DNA of 63,574 bases, filler included, from Candidatus Eiseniibacteriota bacterium (lineage in GTDB: Bacteria; Orphanbacterota; Orphanbacteria; Orphanbacterales; Orphanbacteraceae): NCBI GenBank assembly GCA_043809585.1. It is 5 parts of 5 records of this genome, joined end to end, with 100 filler letters (N's around TTAATTAATTAA, not from the genome) between each part and the next. Parts side by side here need not be neighbours in the genome. Positions count along the whole stretch, not along the records: positions 34,255 to 61,404 come from JBDROZ010000006.1; positions 61,505 to 63,574 come from JBDROZ010000040.1; 3 more parts are not named here. One strand, given 5' to 3'. The notes under the pieces are model-generated. The model saw only the letters and a program-made list of their open reading frames with translations. It was not told the DNA's origin and made no database searches. The translations under genes were made by a program, and so were the position numbers. This document shows, in pieces, positions 55,930 through 63,574 of this stretch (position 1 is its first letter; the number at the start of each line of letters is the position of its first letter).

Positions 55930-56982
55930 ATGACGACACCGATGCAACGGGCGGAGGAAACGCGACGGGGCCTGGCCGACCTCTTCGACAAGACCTTCGG
56001 AGAGAAAGCCCTTGCCATAGAGCCGATTCGGGCGGACGGGTCGACGCGTCTCCTCTTCCGTCTTCGGGGGGCCCACCGCTCGGTGGTCGGCGTCGGCCAC
56101 GACCGGCCGGAGGAGAACGCCGCGTTCCTCGGCTTCACCCGGGCCTTCCGGATCGCCGGGTTTCCGGTCCCCGAAATCGAGGCCGAAGACGCCGGGCGGG
56201 GCCTCTACCTCGAAACGGATCTCGGCGACGAAACCCTCTTCCTCCTGGTGCGCCGGGCCCACGATGAGAGGCGCTTCCCGGAAGGAGTGGAGGCGCTCTA
56301 CCGGGAGGTGGTCCGCAACCTCGTCCGTTTCCAGGTGGAAGGGGCGGAGATCTTCGACGACTCCCTCTGCTACCAGACCCGAGTCTTCGACGGCGCGGCC
56401 ATGGCCGCCGATCTCGCCTATTTCCGAGAGTACTTCCTCCAGGCCCTCTTCCTCTGTCCCTACGACGGGGACGCCTTGGAACGGGACTTCGAAACCCTCA
56501 GGGTCCGGGCCTCCGGGGCCGACGCCTCTTACTTCCTCTACCGGGACTTCCAATCCCGGAACGTGATGATCTCCGGAGGGCGGCCCTGGTTCATCGACTA
56601 CCAGTCGGGGCGCCGGGGCGCGCTCCCCTACGACCTCGTCTCCCTTCTCTACGACGCCCGGGCCGAGCTCGGCGAACCCTTCCGGTGGCGGCTCGTGGCC
56701 GCCTACCTCGACGAACTGTCGAAAGTGATTCCCGTCGACCGGGAGTCGTTTCTCGCCCTTCTCCCCTCCTTCGCTCTTCTGCGTATCCTTCAGGCGATGG
56801 GCGCCTACGGGAACCTCGGTGTCCGGCAGGGGAAGAAAGGTTTTCGGGAGAGCGTGCCTTTCGCTCTCGTCAACCTCCGCTCCCTGATGGAGCGCCACGG
56901 AGCCTTCGACGGTCTTCCGGAACTCGCGAAGATCGTCCTCCGCATGATCGAAGAACCCCGATCGGTGAGGGGGACGCCATGA
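55930..56982 (+). CDS. Aminoglycoside-phosphotransferase-fold sugar kinase (AmgK-like)
   Basis: ADGSTR, ETDLGD, YRDFQSRN, IDYQ, YDLVSLL, RILQAMGAYG. Confidence 0.85.
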   Translation: MTTPMQRAEETRRGLADLFDKTFGEKALAIEPIRADGSTRLLFRLRGAHRSVVGVGHDRPEENAAFLGFTRAFRIAGFPVPEIEAEDAGRGLYLETDLGDETLFLLVRRAHDERRFPEGVEALYREVVRNLVRFQVEGAEIFDDSLCYQTRVFDGAAMAADLAYFREYFLQALFLCPYDGDALERDFETLRVRASGADASYFLYRDFQSRNVMISGGRPWFIDYQSGRRGALPYDLVSLLYDARAELGEPFRWRLVAAYLDELSKVIPVDRESFLALLPSFALLRILQAMGAYGNLGVRQGKKGFRESVPFALVNLRSLMERHGAFDGLPELAKIVLRMIEEPRSVRGTP

Positions 56983-57389
56983 GCGGTAGGGGCCCCGAAG
57001 TCCACATCGTCAGCTTCTCCTATCACGCAGGGGGGATCCCCGCCGACACGACCGGCCACGGCGGCGGATTCGTGTTCGACTGCCGCGTCCTCCCCAATCC
57101 GGGGCGGGAGGAAGGGTACCGGGCGATGACCGGGCGGGACGGGCCGGTCGCCGCGTGGATCGAGGGGAGGGAAGAATCGGCGCGGTTCTGGGAGCGCGTC
57201 CGGGGGCTGGTGGACGAGGGCGTGAAGGCGTACGGGGCGCGGGGTTTCACGGACCTTTCGGTCGCTTTCGGATGCACCGGCGGTCAGCACCGGTCGGTCT
57301 ACTTCGCCGAACGCCTCTACCGGCATCTCCGGGGCCGGGGGGTGCCGTGCGACCTCCGGCACCGGGAGTTCCCGGAGCTCTCGCCGTGA
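56979..57389 (+). CDS. Stand-alone RapZ C-terminal domain protein
   Basis: SFSY..GGGFVFDCR.LPNP, FGCTGGQHRSVY. Confidence 0.85.
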   Translation: MSGRGPEVHIVSFSYHAGGIPADTTGHGGGFVFDCRVLPNPGREEGYRAMTGRDGPVAAWIEGREESARFWERVRGLVDEGVKAYGARGFTDLSVAFGCTGGQHRSVYFAERLYRHLRGRGVPCDLRHREFPELSP

Positions 57390-58123
57390 GGGCGATGGTC
57401 CTCGCCGCCGGGTTCGGGCGACGGCTCCGGCCCCTCACCGACGCCTCGCCCAAGGCGCTCCTCGAGGTGGGGGGGAGCCCGCTTCTCGCGATCCTCCTCG
57501 GCAAGTTGGCGCTCTCCGGCGCCGCCGGCGTCGTGGTCAACGTCCATCACTTCGCGGGCCGGGTGGAGGAGTTCCTTCGGGGGGGGACGTGGCCGGAAGG
57601 TTGGATCAGGATCTCCCGGGAGACGGAGATCCTCGGTACCGGCGGAGGCCTCAGAAATGCCGCCCCCCTTCTCGGCGAGGGAGATCCGGTGATCGTCCAC
57701 AACGTGGACGTCCTCTCGAACCTCCCCCTCCGACGGCTTCTCGATGCCCGCCGGGACGCCGGGGCCTCCGCGGTCCTGGCCGTGCAAAGCCGGAAGACGG
57801 ACCGGGCCCTCGCCGTGGACGGCGGCGGGTTCCTCTGCGGGCGCTGGGGGATGAAGCCGGCCCGCGCCCCCCGGGGAGACCTCCGTCCGGTCGCGTTCAA
57901 CGGGATTTCGGCGATCGGGCCGGGAACGGCGGGACGCCTCGCGGGGGAGGGCCCGTTCAATCTGGTGGACGCCTACCTCCGTCTCGCCGCGGCGGGGGAG
58001 ACGGTCCGGGTCTTCCCCATGGACCCGTGGTACTGGGCCGACGTGGGCACGCCGGGGCGTCTCACCCTGGTGGAGCGGGACCTCGGGTCGGGCCGCATTT
58101 CTCTCGATAGTCTTTCCGGGTGA
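57386..58123 (+). CDS. Sugar-phosphate nucleotidyltransferase (MurU-like)
   Basis: AMVLAAGFG.RLRPLTD..PKAL, ILGTGGGL, HNVD, WADVGTP. Confidence 0.88.
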   Translation: MRAMVLAAGFGRRLRPLTDASPKALLEVGGSPLLAILLGKLALSGAAGVVVNVHHFAGRVEEFLRGGTWPEGWIRISRETEILGTGGGLRNAAPLLGEGDPVIVHNVDVLSNLPLRRLLDARRDAGASAVLAVQSRKTDRALAVDGGGFLCGRWGMKPARAPRGDLRPVAFNGISAIGPGTAGRLAGEGPFNLVDAYLRLAAAGETVRVFPMDPWYWADVGTPGRLTLVERDLGSGRISLDSLSG

Positions 58124-58132
58124 CCGGGGATA

Positions 58133-58939
58133 TCACCGGATGCCGACGATGTAGGCGATCCAGGCGGCGTCGTTCTCCCCCGTCTTCACGGCCTTGAAGA
58201 CGCCGTTCCCCTCGCCGTCCTCGTCGGCCCCTTCCCAGTAGACGGTCACCTTCGAGAAGCCCGCCTCCCGGAGGAGGTCCTGGATCTCCGGGAGCCCCCA
58301 GAGACGCCAATCGTACTGAAAGGCCCGGGGAATCTCCGTTCCGTCGGGAAACCGGAAGTGAATGTAGCAACGGTAGTCGGCGGTGACCGGGTCGTAGTGA
58401 TCCTGGTCCCAGACGTACGAGTAGTCCTCGTATTCCGTCTCCTCTTCCTGAAGCACCATCGCCTCCGGCCCGCCGTAGATGTCGAGGAGGATCATTCCCC
58501 GTTGGTGGAGCGACCGGTGGACCTCGCGGAAGTACTCGAGGAGCACGGAGCGCGACTTGAAGGCGAAGTAGGAGAAGTTCATCGCCGTGACCACGTGGGG
58601 ACGTTCGTCGGGAGGCGGATCGAGGACGTTTCGGCGGTGGAGGGCGACCCGTCCGGCGGCGGAGCCGAGGGGGGCAACGTTGTGCCGTCGGCCCCACTCG
58701 AGGACCTCTTCGTCGAGGTCGACCCCGATGGCCCGGTTCCCCTGGTCCTTCCGGACCCACTCGCGGCAGACCGCCGCGGTCCCGCAAAAGTCCTCGCGGA
58801 TCAAGGTCGGGAATCGCCCGTATGCGCTCTTGTAGACCCGCCGGATGAAGCGGATCTCCTCTTCCGGGTTTTGGACCGACTCCTCGTACAGTTTGTGCCG
58901 GTCCGCGCTCTTCGCCGTGAGTGCCGTCAGCTCCGCCAT
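58133..58939 (-). CDS. Class I SAM-dependent methyltransferase
   Basis: LYEESVQ, REDFCGTA, GVDLD, NFSY, YDWRLW. Confidence 0.82.
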   Translation of the reverse strand: MAELTALTAKSADRHKLYEESVQNPEEEIRFIRRVYKSAYGRFPTLIREDFCGTAAVCREWVRKDQGNRAIGVDLDEEVLEWGRRHNVAPLGSAAGRVALHRRNVLDPPPDERPHVVTAMNFSYFAFKSRSVLLEYFREVHRSLHQRGMILLDIYGGPEAMVLQEEETEYEDYSYVWDQDHYDPVTADYRCYIHFRFPDGTEIPRAFQYDWRLWGLPEIQDLLREAGFSKVTVYWEGADEDGEGNGVFKAVKTGENDAAWIAYIVGIR

Positions 58940-59091
58940 GATCTCCAGTCTTCCGCATTCGTGAAACGGGGGGACCCTTGCCCTGCCGGGACGCCCCCCG
59001 GCGCCCGGTGACGGGAGGTTATCACAAGCGGGGGCGAGGGGGAACGGCCCGGCGCCTTGACCGGCCGGGAGGAGCGTGGAAGAATGCGGCC

Positions 59092-61107
59092 ATGAACGGC
59101 TCGATCGATTCTTCGGACCGGAAGGGCGTCGCCATCCGTGCGGACCGGTTCCTCATCCCGGCGGCACTCTTCCTCGCCGCCCTCGCCGTCCGCCTCGTCT
59201 ACCTCGCCCAGATCGACGGCACGTCGCTGACCGAAGTGCTCCTCGTCGATTCGGAGACCTACGACCGCTTCGCCCGGCGGATCCTGGACGGGACCTTCCG
59301 GGGGGAGGAGGTCTACTCCATGAACGTCCTCTACCCCTGGTTCCTCGCCCTTCTCTATCGTATCGGGGGCGGCCCGTGGATGTCGGTCCTGCCGGTGCAG
59401 GCCGTTCTCGACGCCGCCTCCGTGGTTCTCGTTTACTTCATCGGGCTCCGGTTCTTCGGCCGCGCCGTCGCGGTCGTCGCCGCGGCCGTCGCTGCCCTGT
59501 ACGGCCCCTTCGTCTTCTACTCGGGCGCGCTGCTCACGCCCGCGCTCGTCGGGTTCCTGACCTTGGCCGGGGTCGCCCTTCTCGGAAGGGCCGCCGGCGG
59601 GAGCGGGGGGTGGCGCGCGGCCGTGGGGGCGGGCCTCTTCGTCGGCCTCGCCACGCTCGGCCGGGGGAACGCCGTGCTGCTCATACCGGCGGGCCTCGTC
59701 CATTTCTCCCTCGCCGGCATGAAGAGGAGCGAGGCGGTCAGGCGGGGCGGGATCTTCGCCGCCGCGGCCCTCGCCTTTCCCCTCGGCGCGACGGTGCGGA
59801 ACTACGCCGTCGAGGGCCGGATCGTTCCGATGGCCGCCAACTACGCCGCTTTCTACATCGGGCATCATCCGGAGGCGAACGGCCTCTATTCGATGCCCTC
59901 GTTCATCGAGAGCGCCCGCTTCGAAGGGGAGGTCCTCGGGACCCGGGAGTGGGTGTCGGGAGCCCTCGGCCGGCCGGTCACCCTCGCCGAGAGCGCCCGG
60001 GTCCTGCTCCGGTGGGGCATGGGGCACGTGATCGAAGACCCGGCGGGCGCGCTTCTCCGAACGGCGAAGAAGTTCTACTTTTTCTGGAACCGGACCGAGT
60101 CACCGACGAACCTGAACTACCACTTCGCCCTCGATTTCTCGCCGCTCCTCCGGCGTCTCCCCTTCGGGTTCGGGATCGTGGCCCCTCTCGGCCTGATGGG
60201 CATGGCCTGGTCCTTCCGCCGCCGGCGGGAACGGGCCTTGCTCTATCTGACCGCCGCCGTCTACCTGTTCACCTGTCTCGTCTTCTTCGTCTCCGCCGAA
60301 TACCGGCTGCCGGCGGTCCCGATCCTCATCCTCTTCGCGGCCCAGGGCGTTCTCGCTCTCGGCCGCGCCCTCCGCCGCCGGGAGAGGCGAGGGCGCGCCC
60401 TCGCGGCCCTTCTCGCCCTCCCCTTCCTCTTCGCCTTCACCAACTACCGGAGCCCTCTTCTCGAAGCGCAGACGTGGAAGCGGGTCGACTACCTCAATTT
60501 CGGGGTGCTCTACCGGGACCGGGAGGAGTTCGGAAAGGCCCGCGCCCTCCTCGAGCGGTCCCTCGAAATCGATCCCCGATTCGGTCCCGCCCACGAGGCC
60601 CTCGCGGAACTCCACGCCCGGATCGGCGACGACCTCGCGGCCGCCCGCCACCGGGAGCTCGCGGAGCGCTACGCCCTCGGCGGCCAGTACCGGGGAGGGC
60701 CCGGAGCCCCGGACGCCGCGACCGCGGACATGCTCGAGGTGGCGGAGCTGTACGCGCGGGGGGAGTACGAGAAAGCCCTCGCCGGGTTCGAGGAACTTCG
60801 GGACCGCTTCGACCGGGAAGGGAATCGGGACCTCTCCTTCCGGGCGCGGAACAACGTCGGGCTCTGCCTTTACAAGATGGGGCGCCACGAGGAGGCGGAC
60901 CGGGAGTTCCGGGTCTTGATCGAGGAGGACCCCGGCTACGTCAAGGGGTGGACGAACCTCGCCAAGGTGTGCGCCGCCCGGGGGCGGACGGAGGAGGCCG
61001 GGCGGATGTACATCCGAGCCCTCGATCTCGATCCGAACAACCCGCGGATCCGGCAGGATCTCGAACGGCTTCGGCGGGCGGGCGCCGGAGAGGGGGCCGG
61101 TCCGTAG
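59092..61107 (+). CDS. GT-C/family-39-like membrane glycosyltransferase with TPR repeats
   Basis: LYPWFLA, FYIGHHPEANG, EYRLP; C-terminal TPRs; paralog of 22146-24029. Confidence 0.82.
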   Translation: MNGSIDSSDRKGVAIRADRFLIPAALFLAALAVRLVYLAQIDGTSLTEVLLVDSETYDRFARRILDGTFRGEEVYSMNVLYPWFLALLYRIGGGPWMSVLPVQAVLDAASVVLVYFIGLRFFGRAVAVVAAAVAALYGPFVFYSGALLTPALVGFLTLAGVALLGRAAGGSGGWRAAVGAGLFVGLATLGRGNAVLLIPAGLVHFSLAGMKRSEAVRRGGIFAAAALAFPLGATVRNYAVEGRIVPMAANYAAFYIGHHPEANGLYSMPSFIESARFEGEVLGTREWVSGALGRPVTLAESARVLLRWGMGHVIEDPAGALLRTAKKFYFFWNRTESPTNLNYHFALDFSPLLRRLPFGFGIVAPLGLMGMAWSFRRRRERALLYLTAAVYLFTCLVFFVSAEYRLPAVPILILFAAQGVLALGRALRRRERRGRALAALLALPFLFAFTNYRSPLLEAQTWKRVDYLNFGVLYRDREEFGKARALLERSLEIDPRFGPAHEALAELHARIGDDLAAARHRELAERYALGGQYRGGPGAPDAATADMLEVAELYARGEYEKALAGFEELRDRFDREGNRDLSFRARNNVGLCLYKMGRHEEADREFRVLIEEDPGYVKGWTNLAKVCAARGRTEEAGRMYIRALDLDPNNPRIRQDLERLRRAGAGEGAGP

Positions 61108-61403
61108 CCTGGATTATGCATGAATCTCCGTCACGAGGGCTCGGATCGCCTGACGAGAAGCCGACTTGGACGAGCCGCCACCGGAGGCAGGGACCCGTCG
61201 GGCAGTTGGGCTTATCGCGCCCATCGAAGCGATAAGCCCTAGGGCCCGGGGGGCTCCCCCGGCGCACTAACACTTCTCGCTCCGAGCGGTCGCGAGAAGA
61301 TGAAAGTGCGCCACGGGCCCCGTCGAGGAGGCGGCGACGGAAAGGAGGCTTCGCAGGCGGCGATCCGAGATCGCAGTAGGAGATTTGTGCATAATCCAGG
61401 CTA
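61105..61403 (-). repeat. Family A copy A6 with a 133-nt branched insert (61189-61321) replacing the apex
   Basis: Perfect 16-bp IR TAGCCTGGATTATGCA/TGCATAATCCAGGCTA; starts on a TAG stop. Confidence 0.9.
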
Positions 61404-61504
61404 GNNNNNNNNNNNNNNNNNNNNNNNNNNNNNNNNNNNNNNNNNNNNTTAATTAATTAANNNNNNNNNNNNNNNNNNNNNNNNNNNNNNNNNNNNNNNN
61501 NNNN

Positions 61505-61644
61505 CTGCTCCTCGATCGCCTCGGGCTCCGCCTCCCCCAACGACTCCGCACGCCTCCCGGAATCTCCAAAATGTAGTGCCGACTCGACCCCGTAAGTCGT
61601 TGAAAAACCTCAAAACCACCCCCCGAACTGCGGAACTTGCGCTA
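61505..61644 (+). mobile_element. Right end of an IS, probably IS1634 family (transposase C-terminus 61505-61576)
   Basis: LLLDRLGLRLPQRLRTPPGISKM-stop, then GAACTGCGGAACTTGCGCTA end; lies at contig start; family call from recalled similarity only. Confidence 0.55.
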
Positions 61645-61679
61645 GGAGCGATAAGTGGTAGCGCCCGGGGGGAGGCTCT

Positions 61680-61853
61680 CATGACTACGCCTCCGGTGGC
61701 GGAAGTCCGACCGCGCCGGGGTACCCGTCGGAGCGAAGCGACGGCGGGTCGGCGCCGGGAGTACCCGGATCGCGGAAGCGCGAAGGGTGCAAGTCGGCTT
61801 CTCGTCAGGCGATCCGAGCCCTCGTGACGGAGATTCATGCATAATCCAGGCTA
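61680..61853 (+). repeat. Family A copy A7 (right half) with the same 87-nt insert (61703-61789) as A2
   Basis: Right arm matches A1; insert 84/87 identical to 14790-14876. Confidence 0.9.
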
Positions 61854-61938
61854 GCTCTGTCGAGTAAGGCGACGAAGGAGAAGGGAGCCCGCAGCCCGCG
61901 ATCGCGGGCCGCAGTAGACGCCACCCCGGAAAGCCGAC

Positions 61939-63009
61939 CTACACACTGAAGCGGACCAAAATTACGTCGCCGTCCTGGACGATGTACTCCTTCCCTTCGA
62001 GGCGCATCTTCCCTTTCTCCTTCGCGTGCTTCTCGCCGCCCAGCTCGATCAGGGTCTCCAGCTCGATCACCTCGGCCCGGATGAAGCCCCGTTCGAGGTC
62101 GGTGTGGATCTTGCCGGCGGCGCGGCGGGCGTTCATGCCCCGGGGGATCGGCCATGCCCGGGCTTCGTTCGGCGCGGCGGAGAAGAAAGTGATGAGATCG
62201 AGCGCCTCGTAGGCTCCCCGGATGAAGCGGGAGCGGCCGTGTCCTTCGATGCCGTACTCCCGGTAGTAGGTCTCCCGGTCCTCTTCGGGGAGGGAACGGA
62301 CCTCGTGCTCGAGGAGGGCGTTCAGCGAAACGAGGGGAGCGTGCATCTGCGCGGCCCGGACGGTGAGGGCCTCGGGGGCTTTGGGGGGCCGGTCCTCGCC
62401 GATGTTGCGGAGCAGGATCAGTCCTTTCATCGTGAGAAAGCCGTATCCGGAGATCTGCTTCTTTTCGTCGTCGGTGAAGTCGAGGGTGGCGAGCCGGTGC
62501 GCCCCCTCGAGGCACTCCTTGGCGCGGACGAACAACTCGTACTCGCGCACCTTCGCCGGGTCGCCGGAGCGTTTCTCCTTCTCGAGATGGCCGAGCTTCT
62601 TCTCCACAATGGAGAGGTCGGAGACGATCAGATCCGAGCGGATCTCGCCGAGGTCGGCGGCGGGATCGACCCGGTCGCCGGGGGCGTGGGGGGATTCGAA
62701 GTCCCGGAGGACGAGGGCGAGGGCGTCGGCGTCCCGGAGGTGGGGGAGGAGGTCCTCGGCCCGCTCGGCGGCCCGGTCATCGCCGGGAATGCCCGCGAGA
62801 TCGACGAAGGAGATCTCGGCATGGGTGATTTTCTTGGAGCCATAGAGGACGGCGAGGCGCTCGAGGCGGTCGTCGGGGACCTTCACGACGCCGAGGTTCG
62901 CTTCGCGCTTGCCGGAACCGAAGGGGGTGGTGTCGGCCCCGGAACCGGTCAAGAGGTTATAGAGAGTGGTTTTACCCGACGTGGGCAACCCGAGTATGCC
63001 GACTTTCAT
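61939..63009 (-). CDS. ychF: Obg-family ATPase YchF
   Basis: GLPTSGKTT, VPDDRL, DLAG, AGKIHTDLERGFIRAEV, EGKEYIVQDGD. Confidence 0.93.
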   Translation of the reverse strand: MKVGILGLPTSGKTTLYNLLTGSGADTTPFGSGKREANLGVVKVPDDRLERLAVLYGSKKITHAEISFVDLAGIPGDDRAAERAEDLLPHLRDADALALVLRDFESPHAPGDRVDPAADLGEIRSDLIVSDLSIVEKKLGHLEKEKRSGDPAKVREYELFVRAKECLEGAHRLATLDFTDDEKKQISGYGFLTMKGLILLRNIGEDRPPKAPEALTVRAAQMHAPLVSLNALLEHEVRSLPEEDRETYYREYGIEGHGRSRFIRGAYEALDLITFFSAAPNEARAWPIPRGMNARRAAGKIHTDLERGFIRAEVIELETLIELGGEKHAKEKGKMRLEGKEYIVQDGDVILVRFSV

Positions 63010-63400
63010 CGTCCGATCCTCCCGGGGGGAGAGGATAGCAGATCGGGAGGCGTGCGGAGGGGGATGGGAGAAAGAAAATGGCCCGGACGGCGGAGATGGG
63101 TGAAGGTGGAGAAGAAGGCCCACCGCCCGGGCGCGAAACGGCCGTCTTGCGACGGCCAATCCACGTATCGGATGAGGGGGTTCCGGGCTTGAGGGGGGCG
63201 GCGACGCCTGCATTATAGAGTCACCGGATAGAGTCACCGGATGCTTGGATCCGGCGACGGGGCTTGCCCGTCCCGTCGCTCACTAGGGAAGGCCGCTTCC
63301 GCTGGCCAAGCGCTCGCGAGGGACGGGCGGCGCCCCTGCCACCAAGCACCGGCGACGGTATTTCGGAAGCGCCGCCTCTATCCCAAACCAGTCCACCTCT

Positions 63401-63462
63401 CCCCGTTCGTCCTGAGTGACGCCGAACCCTTCGATACGGACCTTCGGTCCTACTCAGGACAG
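63401..63462 (+). repeat. REP-like CCCGTTCGTCCTGAGT/CCTTCGATAC module
   Basis: Same module as 15075-15132 and 1771-1826. Confidence 0.7.
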
Positions 63463-63492
63463 GCCTTCGGCCGGCCACGATCATCGGTGGGG

Positions 63493-63527
<35 letters not shown>

Positions 63528-63574
63528 CGGGGGGGGATGGGGGGCGGGGGGGGGCGGGCGGCGCCGCCACACCC

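Noticed and set aside
61189-61321. Hammerhead or other self-cleaving ribozyme in the A6 insert
   Set aside because: No CUGAnGA plus GAAA core on either strand; kept only as a structured insert

Overview
High-GC bacterial sequence made of five contigs joined by N-TTAATTAATTAA-N linkers (1-4798, 4899-15186, 15287-34154, 34255-61404, 61505-63574), so adjacency across linkers is not biological. Gene content and a recurring C-terminal peptide tail suggest an FCB-related candidate lineage such as Eisenbacteria, Krumholzibacteriota or Latescibacterota (inference only). Contig 1 holds a secreted beta-helix protein, a frameshifted ECF sigma with its anti-sigma and an IS630 left end. Contig 2 holds tadA/B/C, an invasin-like lipoprotein and class II ribonucleotide reductase nrdJ with NrdR boxes. 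Contig 3 holds an ssnA-ygeY-ygeW-(ThrC-like)-yqeB purine-catabolism cluster and a large nucleoside salvage cluster (pdp, hpt, deoC, kinase-NDT fusion, BtpA-like, udk, tdk, rpiB, add). Contig 4 holds Zn-ADH, fur/zur-znuACB, an AAA ATPase plus VWA partner, arsR-arsM, SPFH plus RHH, cyclase, DUF2779-like nuclease, Moco genes and amgK/murU-like genes. Contig 5 holds an IS1634-like end and ychF. Most notable: (1) four secreted proteins from three unrelated families end in the same [TS]WGxVKxxFR-stop tail, a candidate C-terminal sorting signal; (2) several ERIC-like, TA-bounded rod-shaped repeats with covarying stems, an ERIC-type apex, swappable structured inserts and repeated placement on TAG stop codons; (3) a DeoC with a microcompartment encapsulation-peptide-like N-terminus beside an RpiB lacking the catalytic Cys. 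All product calls come from motif recognition by eye, not from database searches.
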